This document shows positions 23,903 to 35,120 of a DNA stretch of 64,000 bases, piece by piece. Numbering within the stretch: the first letter of the stretch is position 1; each line of letters begins with the position of its first letter. The position numbers were made by a program, and so were the translations under genes. The stretch lies in contig CBDCFT010000059.1 in assembly GCA_965216365.1 (NCBI GenBank), forward strand, positions 20,556 to 84,555, read 5' to 3'. Under the pieces are notes generated by a model. That model was given only the letters and a program-made list of their open reading frames with translations. It did no database searches and was not told the DNA's origin. Source of the stretch: Arenicellales bacterium (GTDB lineage: Bacteria; Pseudomonadota; Gammaproteobacteria; Arenicellales; CBDCFT01).

Positions 23903-24945
23903 CGGAATTTTTAACACCTTATTTAAGCTGGCTTCCTCACTGGATGCAGGTGTTATCCATCAGCCTGTTAAAAATAGTGTTGATTGTCACGCCATTGATG
24001 CTGGCTGTGGCGTATACCACTTATGCCGAACGCAAAGTGATCGGCTATATGCAGTTACGCATGGGACCCAACCGGGTGGGATGGTGGGGCTTGCTGCAAC
24101 CCATAGCGGACGCTTTGAAATTATTGTTCAAAGAAATTATCGTACCGTCCAACGCCAATCGTTACCTGTTCGTGGTCGCGCCCGCGCTGGCGATTACCCC
24201 GGCACTGGCGGCGTGGGCGGTGGTGCCGTTTACCGATACCATGGTGCTAGCCAATATCGATGCCGGGTTGTTGTATGTTCTGGCGTTGACCTCCATGGGT
24301 GTATACGGTGTCATCATCGCCGGTTGGGCATCGAACTCCAAATACGCGTTTCTTGGCGCGATGCGTTCCGCCGCGCAAATCGTGGCCTATGAAATCGCCA
24401 TGGGTTTTGCTCTGGTCGGCGTGCTTATGGTGGCAGGCAGTTTAAACCTGCGTGACATTGTCTTGAATCAAAGCGGTGCGACGTTCTTTAGCTGGAATTT
24501 TATTCCACTGTTTCCGTTGTTTTTGGTCTATCTCATTTCCGGCGTGGCTGAGACCAATCGCGCGCCATTCGACGTGGCCGAAGGCGAATCGGAAATCGTT
24601 GCCGGTTTTCACGTCGAGTATTCTGGCATGACATTCGCCATATTTTTTCTGGCTGAATACGCGAATATCATATTGATTGCCGCCTTAACCGCTATCATGT
24701 TTTTTGGCGGCTGGTTGCCGCCGATTGCCGCGCTGGATTTGGGCGCGTTCAATATCGTCTGGTTCCTCGGTAAAACCGCATTCTTTTTATTCTGTTTTTT
24801 GTGGTTTCGCGCGACATTTCCGCGTTATCGCTATGACCAGATAATGCGTCTGGGCTGGAAAGTGTTTATCCCGATCACCATCGTGTGGATCGTGGTGATC
24901 GGCGTGGCGCGATTTTATACGCCGCTGGATTTCCTTTTCCGTTAG
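23899..24945 (+). CDS. nuoH: NADH-quinone oxidoreductase subunit H
   Basis: 348 aa, polytopic, with YAERKV.GYMQ.R.GPNRVG. The start overlaps the nuoG stop as ATGA. Confidence 0.95.
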   Translation: MTEFLTPYLSWLPHWMQVLSISLLKIVLIVTPLMLAVAYTTYAERKVIGYMQLRMGPNRVGWWGLLQPIADALKLLFKEIIVPSNANRYLFVVAPALAITPALAAWAVVPFTDTMVLANIDAGLLYVLALTSMGVYGVIIAGWASNSKYAFLGAMRSAAQIVAYEIAMGFALVGVLMVAGSLNLRDIVLNQSGATFFSWNFIPLFPLFLVYLISGVAETNRAPFDVAEGESEIVAGFHVEYSGMTFAIFFLAEYANIILIAALTAIMFFGGWLPPIAALDLGAFNIVWFLGKTAFFLFCFLWFRATFPRYRYDQIMRLGWKVFIPITIVWIVVIGVARFYTPLDFLFR

Positions 24946-24961
24946 CGATGAGGAGTAAAAC

Positions 24962-25453
24962 ATGACGGCAATGATTAAACGTTATTTTCAAACCTTCCTG
25001 TTGACGGAATTGGTGCGCGGTTTAATGGTGACCGGCCGTAATTTATTTGCTCCCAAGATTACAGTTAGATATCCGGAAGAAAAAACGCCTAAATCGCCGC
25101 GATTTCGTGGGCTGCATGCCTTGCGCCGTTACCCTAATGGTGAGGAGCGTTGCATCGCGTGCAAACTATGTGAAGCTGTGTGTCCCGCGCTGGCCATCAC
25201 GATTGAATCCGACGAACGCGACGACGGCACCCGGCGCACCACGCGTTATGACATCGATTTGTTCAAATGCGTGTATTGCGGTTTTTGTGAAGAAGCCTGT
25301 CCGGTGGATTCCATTGTTATGACTGATATACACGAGTTTCATTTTGAAGAACGCGGCAAGCACGTGATCACCAAACAGGAGTTGCTTGAGATCGGCGACA
25401 AGTACGAAACCGATATTGCCGCGGCACGCCAGACCGACGCAGCGTTTCGGTAA
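24962..25453 (+). CDS. nuoI: NADH-quinone oxidoreductase subunit I
   Basis: 163 aa with two 4Fe-4S motifs, [12 protein letters not shown] and [12 protein letters not shown]. Confidence 0.96.
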   Translation: MTAMIKRYFQTFLLTELVRGLMVTGRNLFAPKITVRYPEEKTPKSPRFRGLHALRRYPNGEERCIACKLCEAVCPALAITIESDERDDGTRRTTRYDIDLFKCVYCGFCEEACPVDSIVMTDIHEFHFEERGKHVITKQELLEIGDKYETDIAAARQTDAAFR

Positions 25454-25510
25454 CACAGTTTAAGAATACGAATCAAAAATATTAACTCTATACCGCCAGA
25501 AAAATAATAA

Positions 25511-26131
25511 GTGACCTTCACCCAGCTGACATTTTATTTATTCAGCGCCGTCCTGGTGTTTGCCGCCACCATGGTGATCACCATGCGAAATCCGGTGAAA
25601 TGCGCGCTATTTTTAGTGTTGGCATTTTTCAGTGCGGCCTGTATCTGGATGACGCTCGAAGCGGAGTTCCTGGCCATCGTGCTCGTGCTGGTTTATGTAG
25701 GCGCAGTGATGGTGTTGTTTCTGTTTGTGGTCATGATGCTGGATATCAATCTCGCGCGTTTACGCGAAGGGTTTACCCGTTATCTACCGGTCGGCGCCGC
25801 GATTGCGGCCGTGATGGTGGTCGAGATGGCGCTGGTGTTGGGTTCGGCGAATTTCAGCAGCGATCGTTTGCCACGTCCCGCGCCGCATGAAAGCGGTTAC
25901 AGCAACACCAAGGAACTGGGCGAATTGCTGTACACGGATTATGTTTATCCCTTTGAAATAGCCGGTATTATTTTGCTGGTCGCCATCGTCGCGGCCATTG
26001 CTCTGACCCTGCGCCGTCGGCCGGACACGAAATACCAGAATCCGGCAAATCAGGTCAGAGTAAAACGTGAAGATCGCATACGTATCGTGAAGGTAGATTC
26101 AGAACCTGCGCGTGGAGGTGAGACGGAATGA
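25511..26131 (+). CDS. nuoJ: NADH-quinone oxidoreductase subunit J
   Basis: 206 aa with a GTG start. It is hydrophobic and sits in the expected position of the operon. Confidence 0.9.
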   Translation: MTFTQLTFYLFSAVLVFAATMVITMRNPVKCALFLVLAFFSAACIWMTLEAEFLAIVLVLVYVGAVMVLFLFVVMMLDINLARLREGFTRYLPVGAAIAAVMVVEMALVLGSANFSSDRLPRPAPHESGYSNTKELGELLYTDYVYPFEIAGIILLVAIVAAIALTLRRRPDTKYQNPANQVRVKREDRIRIVKVDSEPARGGETE

Positions 26132-26433
26132 TACCGCTATCGCATTATCTTATTCTGGGCGCGATTTTGTTTGCCTTAAGCGTGGTGGGAATTTTTCTTA
26201 ATCGCAAAAACCTCGTCGTTATTCTGATGGCCATTGAACTGTTGTTATTGGCGGTCAATATGAATTTCGTCGCGTTTTCGCACTATTTGCAAGACACTGC
26301 GGGGCAGATATTCGTATTTTTTGTGCTCACCGTAGCGGCAGCGGAAGCGGCGATTGGGCTTGCCATATTGATCGTTCTGTTCCGTAACCGGCGCACCATT
26401 AACGTGGAAGACCTGGATAGTCTGAAGGGTTAG
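26128..26433 (+). CDS. nuoK: NADH-quinone oxidoreductase subunit K
   Basis: 101 aa with three TM segments and ..[13 protein letters not shown].. Confidence 0.93.
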   Translation: MIPLSHYLILGAILFALSVVGIFLNRKNLVVILMAIELLLLAVNMNFVAFSHYLQDTAGQIFVFFVLTVAAAEAAIGLAILIVLFRNRRTINVEDLDSLKG

Positions 26434-26436
26434 CGC

Positions 26437-28401
26437 ATGAAGACTATCTATCTTGCCATTCCTCTGATTTGTCTTGTGGCGGCTATTGTCGCCGGTTTGT
26501 TCGGCAAGCAGATAGGGCGTAGCGCCGCGCATCGAATTACCATTAGTGCGGTCGGAATAGCATGCGCATTATCCGTATTCGTTTGGGTGACCGTCATGGA
26601 CGGCATGCTGTTCAACGGCTCGGTGTACACCTGGGCGGTCAGCGGCGGCATGAGCTTCGAGATTGGGTTTCTGATTGACGAACTCAGCGCGACCATGATG
26701 GTGGTGGTCACGTTTGTTTCGTTCATGGTGCACATCTATACCATCGGATACATGCACGACGATCCGGGTTACCAGCGATTCTTTAGTTACATTTCGTTAT
26801 TTACCTTCGCCATGCTCATGTTGGTCATGTCGAATAATTTTCTGCAATTATTCTTCGGTTGGGAAGCGGTCGGTCTAGTGTCGTATTTGCTCATCGGTTT
26901 CTGGTACGAAAAAGACAGCGCCGTCTTTGCCAATCTGAAAGCGTTTCTGGTGAATCGTGTCGGCGACTTTGGTTTTATTCTCAGCATAGCGGCGATTGTT
27001 TATTTGTTTGGTTCGCTGGATTACCGTTCCGTATTTGAAATGGCGGCAAGCGAAGGGGGTGCTGCGCAAACCGTTCAGTTGTTCGGCGCCGAATGGCAGT
27101 GGATGACAGTTGTGTGCCTGTTGTTGTTTATCGGCGCAATGGGTAAGTCCGCGCAGGTGCCATTGCATGTTTGGTTGCCCGATTCAATGGAAGGCCCGAC
27201 ACCGATTTCTGCGTTAATACACGCGGCGACCATGGTTACGGCAGGTATTTTCATGGTGGCGCGTATGTCGCCCTTGTTTGAACTCTCCGAAACCGCCTTG
27301 TCGGTGGTCATGATTATCGGTGCGATAACCGCCATATCCATGGCCTTGATTGGCCTGGTGCAAAACGACATCAAACGCGTCGTGGCGTATTCCACCCTGT
27401 CGCAACTGGGTTACATGACTGCGGGTCTGGGCGCGTCGGCTTACGCGGTGTCGATTTTCCATTTGGGTACACATGCTTTCTTTAAAGCCTTGCTGTTCCT
27501 CGGCGCGGGTTCGGTGATTATCGCCCTGCACCATGAGCAGGACATGCGCAAAATGGGCGGACTGCGCAAACTGATGCCGATCACTTACATCACGGCCGTC
27601 ATTGGCAGTCTGGCGCTCGCGGGTATTCCACCTTTCGCCGGTTTCTTTTCCAAGGAAACACTCATCGTCGCCGTGCAAGGGTCGGAAATTGCCGGTTCTG
27701 GTTTCGCATATATCGCGTTAACTATTGGTGTTTTTGTCACTGCGTTTTACAGTTTCCGTTTGATCTTCATGGTGTTTCATCAAAAACCGCGTATGGATGA
27801 ACACACATTACACCATGTCAAAGAATCGCCCTGGGTAGTGACATTACCTTTGATCTTATTGGCTATTCCTTCCGTAATAGTCGGTGCGATATTTTTTGAA
27901 CCCATGGTGTTCGGCGAATACTTTGGTCGTTCGATTTTCGTTCTCGATGAACACAACAGCCTGGCACACGGAGAAGGGCATGGCGCCGCGCATGGACTTG
28001 GTTTGATACTCGCAACCATTGGTCATGCATTTTTCACCGTGCCATTCTGGCTCGCCGTACTCGGCATTGTGTTTGCCTGGTGGTGTTACATCAAGCAACC
28101 GGACCTGCCCGATAAGATCGCGCAACAGTTTGCCTGGGCGCATAACATACTCGATAAAAAATACGGTTTCGACGAGTTCAATCAAACCGTGTTTGCCGAC
28201 GGTGCGCGCAAACTTGGCGATTGGTTATGGCGATTCTCCGACATGCGGTTTATTGACGGCTTCGTGGTCAATGGTTCAGCACGTGTTGTTGCCTGGGCCT
28301 CCAGTGTAATCCGTCAAATTCAAACCGGATACGTTTATAACTACGCATTTGCCATGATCATAGGATTAGTTGTGATCATGACTGTTTTTATTGCCAGATA
28401 A
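26437..28401 (+). CDS. nuoL: NADH-quinone oxidoreductase subunit L
   Basis: 654 aa antiporter-like subunit with GKSAQ.PLH.WLPDSMEGPTP.SALIHAATMV. Confidence 0.95.
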   Translation: MKTIYLAIPLICLVAAIVAGLFGKQIGRSAAHRITISAVGIACALSVFVWVTVMDGMLFNGSVYTWAVSGGMSFEIGFLIDELSATMMVVVTFVSFMVHIYTIGYMHDDPGYQRFFSYISLFTFAMLMLVMSNNFLQLFFGWEAVGLVSYLLIGFWYEKDSAVFANLKAFLVNRVGDFGFILSIAAIVYLFGSLDYRSVFEMAASEGGAAQTVQLFGAEWQWMTVVCLLLFIGAMGKSAQVPLHVWLPDSMEGPTPISALIHAATMVTAGIFMVARMSPLFELSETALSVVMIIGAITAISMALIGLVQNDIKRVVAYSTLSQLGYMTAGLGASAYAVSIFHLGTHAFFKALLFLGAGSVIIALHHEQDMRKMGGLRKLMPITYITAVIGSLALAGIPPFAGFFSKETLIVAVQGSEIAGSGFAYIALTIGVFVTAFYSFRLIFMVFHQKPRMDEHTLHHVKESPWVVTLPLILLAIPSVIVGAIFFEPMVFGEYFGRSIFVLDEHNSLAHGEGHGAAHGLGLILATIGHAFFTVPFWLAVLGIVFAWWCYIKQPDLPDKIAQQFAWAHNILDKKYGFDEFNQTVFADGARKLGDWLWRFSDMRFIDGFVVNGSARVVAWASSVIRQIQTGYVYNYAFAMIIGLVVIMTVFIAR

Positions 28402-28408
28402 CAAGCAC

Positions 28409-29881
28409 ATGTCCTTACTCAGTTCAATTATCTGGTTACCGATTCTGGGTGGAATCCTGGTACTGGCGACGGCGGACGACAAGAATCCGTCGATTACCCG
28501 CAAACTGAGTCTGGGTTTTGCTATCGCAACCCTGGCGCTGAGCATTCCGCTATACACCCAGTTCGATACGCAAACGGCCGACATGCAATTCGTGGAACAA
28601 CTGAACTGGGTGTCAGCTTTCAATATTCAATATTTTCTCGGTATTGACGGTATTTCCATGCCATTGATTTTATTGACGACGTTTTTAACGTTGATCGTCA
28701 TTATTTCGGCCTGGTGTGTTATCGAATACAAAGTCGCGCAATACATGGCGGCCTTTTTGATATTGGAAGGCCTGATGATCGGCGTGTTCAGCGCACTGGA
28801 TGCGATTTTGTTTTACGTGTTCTGGGAAGCGATGTTGATTCCCATGTTCCTGATTATCGGCATCTGGGGCGGCAGTAATCGCGTTTACGCTACCATCAAG
28901 TTCTTTTTGTATACCTTGCTCGGCTCCTTATTGATGCTGGTGGCCTTGATTTTTTTGTATCACTCGTCCGGTGGTTCGTTCAGTATTCTGGATTTCCATG
29001 CCACGCCAATCGGACACACGGCCCAGGTTTTAATTTTTCTCGCCTTCTTTGCGGCGTTCGCGGTCAAAGTGCCGATGTTCCCCGTGCACACCTGGCTACC
29101 CGATGCGCACGTGGAAGCGCCGACCGGTGGTTCGGTCATTCTGGCAGCCATCATGTTGAAAATGGGTGGTTACGGTTTCCTTCGATTCAGTCTGCCGATT
29201 ACACCTGACGCCAGTCATTCGCTGTCCTGGTTTATGATCACCCTGTCGCTCATCGCCGTTGTGTATATCGCGCTGGTGGCACTGGTGCAAAAAGACATGA
29301 AAAAACTCATTGCTTATTCATCAATTTCGCATATGGGTTTTGTCACCCTGGGTTTTTTCGTTTTCAACGCCCAGGGCATGGAAGGCGCCATTGTGCAAAT
29401 GATCTCTCACGGTTTTATTTCCGGCGCATTGTTCTTGTGTGTCGGCGTGCTCTACGAGCGTTTGCATTCAAGAGAAATTGCGTCGTATGGCGGCGTGGTG
29501 AATTCCATGCCGGTATTCGCGTCGTTCATGATGCTGTTTGCCATGGCCAACAGCGGTTTGCCAGGCACTTCGGGATTTGTCGGCGAGTTCTTGGTCATAC
29601 TGGGTGCATTCCAGGTTAATGCGTTGTATGCCGTGTTGGCTGCGACCACATTGATATTCGGCGCGGCGTACACTCTGTGGATGTATCGCCGGGTCATTTT
29701 TGGTGCAGTGGCGAACGAAAAAGTCGCCGGATTGACGGATATTGACGGTCGCGAAATCTTGTTTTTATCTCTGTTAGCGGCAGCGGTGTTAATCGTGGGT
29801 ATCTGGCCGTTTCCCATTCTCGAAGTGATGCATGCATCGGTCGAGAATTTAATCGCGCAAACCGCGGTGAGTAAATTATAG
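28409..29881 (+). CDS. nuoM: NADH-quinone oxidoreductase subunit M
   Basis: Antiporter-like subunit. The ATG at 28409 (MSLLSSIIWLPILGG) lies just after the nuoL stop. The ORF track's TTG at 28391 would overlap nuoL. Confidence 0.93.
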   Translation: MSLLSSIIWLPILGGILVLATADDKNPSITRKLSLGFAIATLALSIPLYTQFDTQTADMQFVEQLNWVSAFNIQYFLGIDGISMPLILLTTFLTLIVIISAWCVIEYKVAQYMAAFLILEGLMIGVFSALDAILFYVFWEAMLIPMFLIIGIWGGSNRVYATIKFFLYTLLGSLLMLVALIFLYHSSGGSFSILDFHATPIGHTAQVLIFLAFFAAFAVKVPMFPVHTWLPDAHVEAPTGGSVILAAIMLKMGGYGFLRFSLPITPDASHSLSWFMITLSLIAVVYIALVALVQKDMKKLIAYSSISHMGFVTLGFFVFNAQGMEGAIVQMISHGFISGALFLCVGVLYERLHSREIASYGGVVNSMPVFASFMMLFAMANSGLPGTSGFVGEFLVILGAFQVNALYAVLAATTLIFGAAYTLWMYRRVIFGAVANEKVAGLTDIDGREILFLSLLAAAVLIVGIWPFPILEVMHASVENLIAQTAVSKL

Positions 29882-29883
29882 AA

Positions 29884-31326
29884 ATGACTATAAATTTCTG
29901 GCCAATGCTACCTGAGATATTCGTGTCGCTGGCGGCCTGCGCTGTTCTGGTACTCGACCTTTATGCGCGCGAAGAGCAAAAAGGAATCCTCGCGTACATT
30001 GTCAGCATTGCTACGTTAGTGTTAGCCCTGGTTTTTACATTGGGTGGTTTTTCCCACGAGCGCAATATCATCATGAACGGTTTGTTCGTCGATGACACCT
30101 TGTCCGATCTGATCAAAATCGGCATCTATCTCATTACCATCGGCGTGTTTGTCTATTCCCGCGACTATGCCCGCGAACGTGATTTGTTCCGTGGCGAATA
30201 TTATGTGCTGGGACTATTCGGTGTTGTCGGCATGATGGTAATGGCTTCATCTAATCATTTCCTGACCCTGTACCTGGGTCTGGAATTGTTGTCGCTTTGC
30301 CTGTACGCCATGGTTGCGTTTCAGCGCGATTCATCTCTGGCTACCGAAGCGGCGATGAAATATTTTGTACTCGGTGCGCTGGCATCGGGGATTCTACTCT
30401 ATGGTTTTTCCATTATTTACGGCATGACCGGTAGTCTGGAAATTCAAACCGTCCATGCAGCCATCGCCGGTATTTCACCTGATAATATCGCACTGATTTT
30501 TGGCCTGGTATTCGTGATAGTCGGTTTGACATTCAAGCTCGGCGCGGTGCCGTTTCACATGTGGATACCCGATGTGTACCACGGTGCACCGACATCATCG
30601 ACCGTGTATCTGGGCGCGGCACCAAAGCTCGCTGCCTTTGCTTTGATCGTTCGCCTGCTGGTGGGTGGCTTTGAAGATTTATACGGTGCCTGGCGCGATA
30701 TGTTGATTATTATCGCGATCTTGTCTATCGCAATCGGTAATGTTGTTGCCATCGCACAAACCAACATCAAGCGCATGTTGGCGTACTCGACCATCTCCCA
30801 CATGGGATTTTTCCTGCTGGGTATTCTCGCGGGCAACGAGAGTGGTTATGGCGGCGCCTTGTTCTACATACTGGTTTATTCGGTCATGAGTCTGGGCGCG
30901 TTCGGCATGATTATCCTGTTGTCACGTAGCGGTTTTGAAGCCGAAGAGTTGGACGACTTTCGTGGTCTGAATCAGCGCAACTCCTGGTATGCTTTTTTAA
31001 TGTTATTGTTGATGTTTTCCATGGCCGGCGTGCCACCGACGGTTGGCTTTTACGCAAAACTTTCGGTTATTCAAGCGGTGATCGGTGCCGATTTGATTTG
31101 GGTCGCCGTCGTCGCGGTGTTATTTGCTGTAGTTGGTGCCTTCTACTATTTGCGTGTGGTGAAACTGATGTATTTCGACGATGCGACTGACCAGTCAGCG
31201 TTTCGCGCCAGCGGCGACATGCGCGTGGTGTTGTCCATCAATGCATTGGTGGTATTGCTTATTATGCCCTGGGTGGGCGCACTACTGAACATCTGCCGCA
31301 GCGCCGTCAGCGGTCTTGCGGGCTAA
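29884..31326 (+). CDS. nuoN: NADH-quinone oxidoreductase subunit N
   Basis: 480 aa antiporter-like subunit and the last gene of the cluster. Confidence 0.95.
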   Translation: MTINFWPMLPEIFVSLAACAVLVLDLYAREEQKGILAYIVSIATLVLALVFTLGGFSHERNIIMNGLFVDDTLSDLIKIGIYLITIGVFVYSRDYARERDLFRGEYYVLGLFGVVGMMVMASSNHFLTLYLGLELLSLCLYAMVAFQRDSSLATEAAMKYFVLGALASGILLYGFSIIYGMTGSLEIQTVHAAIAGISPDNIALIFGLVFVIVGLTFKLGAVPFHMWIPDVYHGAPTSSTVYLGAAPKLAAFALIVRLLVGGFEDLYGAWRDMLIIIAILSIAIGNVVAIAQTNIKRMLAYSTISHMGFFLLGILAGNESGYGGALFYILVYSVMSLGAFGMIILLSRSGFEAEELDDFRGLNQRNSWYAFLMLLLMFSMAGVPPTVGFYAKLSVIQAVIGADLIWVAVVAVLFAVVGAFYYLRVVKLMYFDDATDQSAFRASGDMRVVLSINALVVLLIMPWVGALLNICRSAVSGLAG

Positions 31327-31923
31327 ACGAAAAGACGCTAAAAACGCAGTCATCTGAGCAGGATGCGGTTTTGCCGTTTCTCGGCTTGAATCTCTACCTT
31401 TAGAAAGAGATTACTCCAACAGGTTGCTTAACCTAGTGCTCGATAGAGAAGGGATTCAGGAACCGCCTTCTCCACTATAGCCTTTTGTCCACGTCGTTCA
31501 ATTCTGCCTCCGCGCAGATGTCATTCCAATGCTGTTCCATTGTGGGGCTAAGCCGCGCAAATATGGCGCGGGGTTTTGCTATAGATGATCTATATATAGT
31601 ACGAAACAGCTCTATATGAGTCATAAAAAGTACAAAACATAGCATGGGATATCTAAAAGCAGGTGATTTCGGCTGTGCCCCGTCAGCATAAGTTGGACAA
31701 AAAGGGGTAATTGAATAAGAGATAGATTTGGCTCATCATGAACACCTAAGTTAAAAACAACTTATCGTGATGCGTTACATATTCAGATGTTCACGATGCT
31801 CCAGGATCGCTGTTCATAGTCACCGGAATACGCAAGTAGAGAATACAATGAGTTAGCATAAGGACTTTAAGGCTACGTACAAGACCTCCGCCCATTTTTC
31901 AACAGTCGATGAAAACAAGAAAA

Positions 31924-31952
31924 TTGAGACCGTTTCCGGGTTAGATTTTAAT
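31924..31952 (+). promoter_or_regulatory. candidate sigma70 promoter of the MNT/HEPN cassette
   Basis: TTGAGA (31924-31929), a 17-nt spacer, then TTTAAT (31947-31952). It lies immediately upstream of the inverted repeat and the MNT start codons. Confidence 0.45.
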
Positions 31953-31962
31953 GCTTGCAAAA

Positions 31963-31996
31963 CCCCAAAATGGGGATTATAGTACCCATTTTGGGG
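31963..31996. promoter_or_regulatory. perfect 12-bp inverted repeat, candidate operator for the wHTH-MNT protein
   Basis: CCCCAAAATGGG (31963-31974) and CCCATTTTGGGG (31985-31996) are exact reverse complements separated by 10 nt. They lie between the putative -10 element and the MNT start. Confidence 0.5.
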
Positions 31997-32011
31997 ATGA
32001 TGGTTGAAGTG

Positions 32012-32611
32012 ATGCAAGCGACTTCTATTGGCGATGCTTTATTTACTAAAACGCAGCAAAAAGTGTTAGGACTCCTTTTCGGTAAACCGGACAAGCGTTT
32101 TTACACTAACGAAATCATGCGTTGGGTATCAATGGGGCGAGGTACTGTAAGCCGGGAACTTGATCGGCTTGTCAGTGCGGGTTTGTTATCTGTAACCAAG
32201 GAGGGTAATCAAAATCATTATCAAGCGAATCAAAACAGTCTCATTTTCACAGAGTTGGTCAGCATCGTTAAAAAGTCTTTTGGTATTGCTGATCAGATTA
32301 AGGAAAGATTGAAAATCTTTGATGAGAATATTGAACTTGCTTTTATTTACGGTTCAATTTCTAAAGGGATAGAGACGAAATTCAGTGATATTGATTTGAT
32401 GATTGTGGGAAAGGGACTACAGTATGGTTTAGTTATGGAAGCGCTGCAATCGTTAGAAGCGTCTTTGAAAAGAACAATCAACCCGACTATCTATGAAAGA
32501 AAAGATTTTATAGCCAAGTATAAAAAGGGAAATAGTTTTATTACTCGTGTGATGGAGCAGCCAAAAATAATGATCAAGGGAAGTGAAGATGACATTAGAA
32601 AACCTGGATAA
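32012..32611 (+). CDS. wHTH-fused minimal nucleotidyltransferase (MNT-type antitoxin-like protein)
   Basis: The N-terminal winged-helix-like segment is FYTNEIMRWVSMGRGTVSRELDRLVSAGLL. The NTase motif is GS-x10-DxD (YGSISKGIETKFSDIDLMIVG). The start is ambiguous, with in-frame ATGs at 31997, 32000 and 32012. Confidence 0.8.
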   Translation: MQATSIGDALFTKTQQKVLGLLFGKPDKRFYTNEIMRWVSMGRGTVSRELDRLVSAGLLSVTKEGNQNHYQANQNSLIFTELVSIVKKSFGIADQIKERLKIFDENIELAFIYGSISKGIETKFSDIDLMIVGKGLQYGLVMEALQSLEASLKRTINPTIYERKDFIAKYKKGNSFITRVMEQPKIMIKGSEDDIRKPG

Positions 32612-33103
32612 TTTAGTCAATATTGGCCAAATAAACTACCCCGCAGCAAGCTACGGGGTATTGATAATGTAGCTTTCCATCTCGCCCCAAGGGGCGGGGA
32701 ATTCGACCCTTAGAGATTAAAAAAAGAGCCAGCGGGCCAAAAAGAATTTGATGACATGATCGCTGCAGCTAAGCGAAATATGCAGGATGCATCGATTCCT
32801 GGACTTTCAGAAGAAGGGAGATTTACTTTGCTGTACGGGGTGGCCTATGCGATATCATTAGCTGCAATGCGTTGGCATGGTTATCGTTCTAATAATCGCT
32901 ATCTGGTCTTTCAATGTTTGCAGCACACAGTAGGCTTGGATAGTGTTAAGTGGCGCATACTTGATCAATGTTATAATGCGAGAAACCTTGCGGAATATGA
33001 AGGTCATTTGGAAATATCTCCACAGCTAATGATTGAGTTAGAGGAGATAACAAATGAAATTATTTTAACAGTAGAACGGTTTGGCTCAGTTCAAGATAAC
33101 TAA
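32589..33103 (+). pseudogene. HEPN-domain protein (partner of the MNT), interrupted after codon 14 by an 86-nt insertion
   Basis: An ATG at 32589 overlaps the MNT 3' end and gives MTLENLDNLVNIGQ. After 86 nt the sequence continues in another frame as LKKEPAGQKEFDDMIAAAKR...CYNARNLAEYEGH... The join reproduces the N-terminus I recall for this HEPN family (..NLV.IGQLK.EP..QKEFDG..). Confidence 0.65.
32631..32716. mobile_element. 86-nt hairpin-rich insertion (MITE/REP-like) inside the HEPN gene
   Basis: It contains two GC-rich hairpins, TACCCCG-N10-CGGGGTA (32637-32660) and CGCCCC-AA-GGGGCG (32683-32696). Its length is not a multiple of 3. The boundaries are uncertain by a few nt (ATAAA/ATTAAA). 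Confidence 0.45.
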
Positions 33104-33105
33104 CA

Positions 33106-34175
<1,070 letters not shown>

Positions 34176-34341
34176 CCTCCGGATTTATTAAATTATCAAG
34201 ATGATGAGCAGACGGTGGGTTCTTGGAGGCCCGTTTAGTCTGAATAAACACTTCGTACAAAGATTGGTGGCGGCTGGTCAAGGCCCGAAAGCGGCCCTCT
34301 TAAAGCAACGCCAAATCAGGCACCTACACTCCATTTCTATC

Positions 34342-34370
34342 TTGAAATCGTAATGCGGTCGGAGTAGACT
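34342..34370 (+). promoter_or_regulatory. candidate promoter of tRNA-fMet (metY-rimP-nusA-infB operon)
   Basis: TTGAAA (34342-34347), a 17-nt spacer, then TAGACT (34365-34370), followed by a GC-rich discriminator (CCGGCCTCCG). The tRNA starts 13 nt after the -10 element. Confidence 0.55.
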
Positions 34371-34383
34371 CCGGCCTCCGTGC

Positions 34384-34460
<77 letters not shown>

Positions 34461-34483
34461 ATTTGCCAGAACGAGCAAAGTAG

Positions 34484-34514
34484 AACCCCGCGCGTGCGGG
34501 GTTTTGCGTTTTTT
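34484..34514 (+). terminator. Rho-independent terminator/attenuator after tRNA-fMet
   Basis: The stem AACCCCGC / GCGGGGTT with loop GCGT is followed by TTGCGTTTTTT. Confidence 0.65.
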
Positions 34515-34589
34515 GGGAATAGTGACGCTGGTCAAAGGCCAGTTTGGAAAACAAGATGGGCGGTAGCCCATTTTTTTATGGTGTAAAGA

Positions 34590-35051
34590 GTGATGCCGGC
34601 TGTGAGTACTGTCCGACTTCGAGACTTACTGGAGCCTGCCGTGGAAGCGGTGGGATACGAGTTGGTCGATGTGGTAATGGCCGGTCGTGGTGCCAGCGCC
34701 GTGTTGCGTGTGTATATCGATGCGCCCGGCGGCATCACAGTGGACGATTGTGCCGATGCCAGCCGGCAGATCAGCGCGGTGCTGGATTTGGAAGACCCGA
34801 TCGCGGGTCAGTATGCGTTGGAAGTGTCGTCGCCAGGGCTGGATCGGCCGCTGGTGAAGCCGGAGCATTTTGAACGTGTGGTTGGACAAAGAGTGAAAGT
34901 GGCGATGCGTGACTATCACATGGGACGGCGGCGCTTTGCCGGCGAGCTGACCGGTGTGACGGATGAGATGGCGCAGGTCGATGTAGACGGCGAGGTGTAT
35001 GACCTGCCGTTTGACGATATGGATCGGGCACGGCTTGATCCGCAGTTTTAG
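34590..35051 (+). CDS. rimP: ribosome maturation factor RimP
   Basis: 153 aa with LLEPAVEAVGYELVDV...LEVSSPGLDRPL. The start is either GTG 34590 or ATG 34593. Confidence 0.92.
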   Translation: MMPAVSTVRLRDLLEPAVEAVGYELVDVVMAGRGASAVLRVYIDAPGGITVDDCADASRQISAVLDLEDPIAGQYALEVSSPGLDRPLVKPEHFERVVGQRVKVAMRDYHMGRRRFAGELTGVTDEMAQVDVDGEVYDLPFDDMDRARLDPQF

Positions 35052-35120
35052 TGAATGGTTGATGTGCAACAGTATCGGCTTATGCCGTTGAATTGGACTT
35101 GATGAGCGCGGAGTGAATAG

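Noticed and set aside
31775-31835. Imperfectly reiterated GTTCAC(G/A)..CC(A/G)GGA motifs (GTTCACGATGCTCCAGGATCGCTGTTCATAGTCACCGGAATACGC), reminiscent of transposase end-binding repeats.
   Set aside because: There are only two or three loose copies. There is no matching inverted end elsewhere in the window and no adjacent transposase. I cannot assign it to a known element family from memory.
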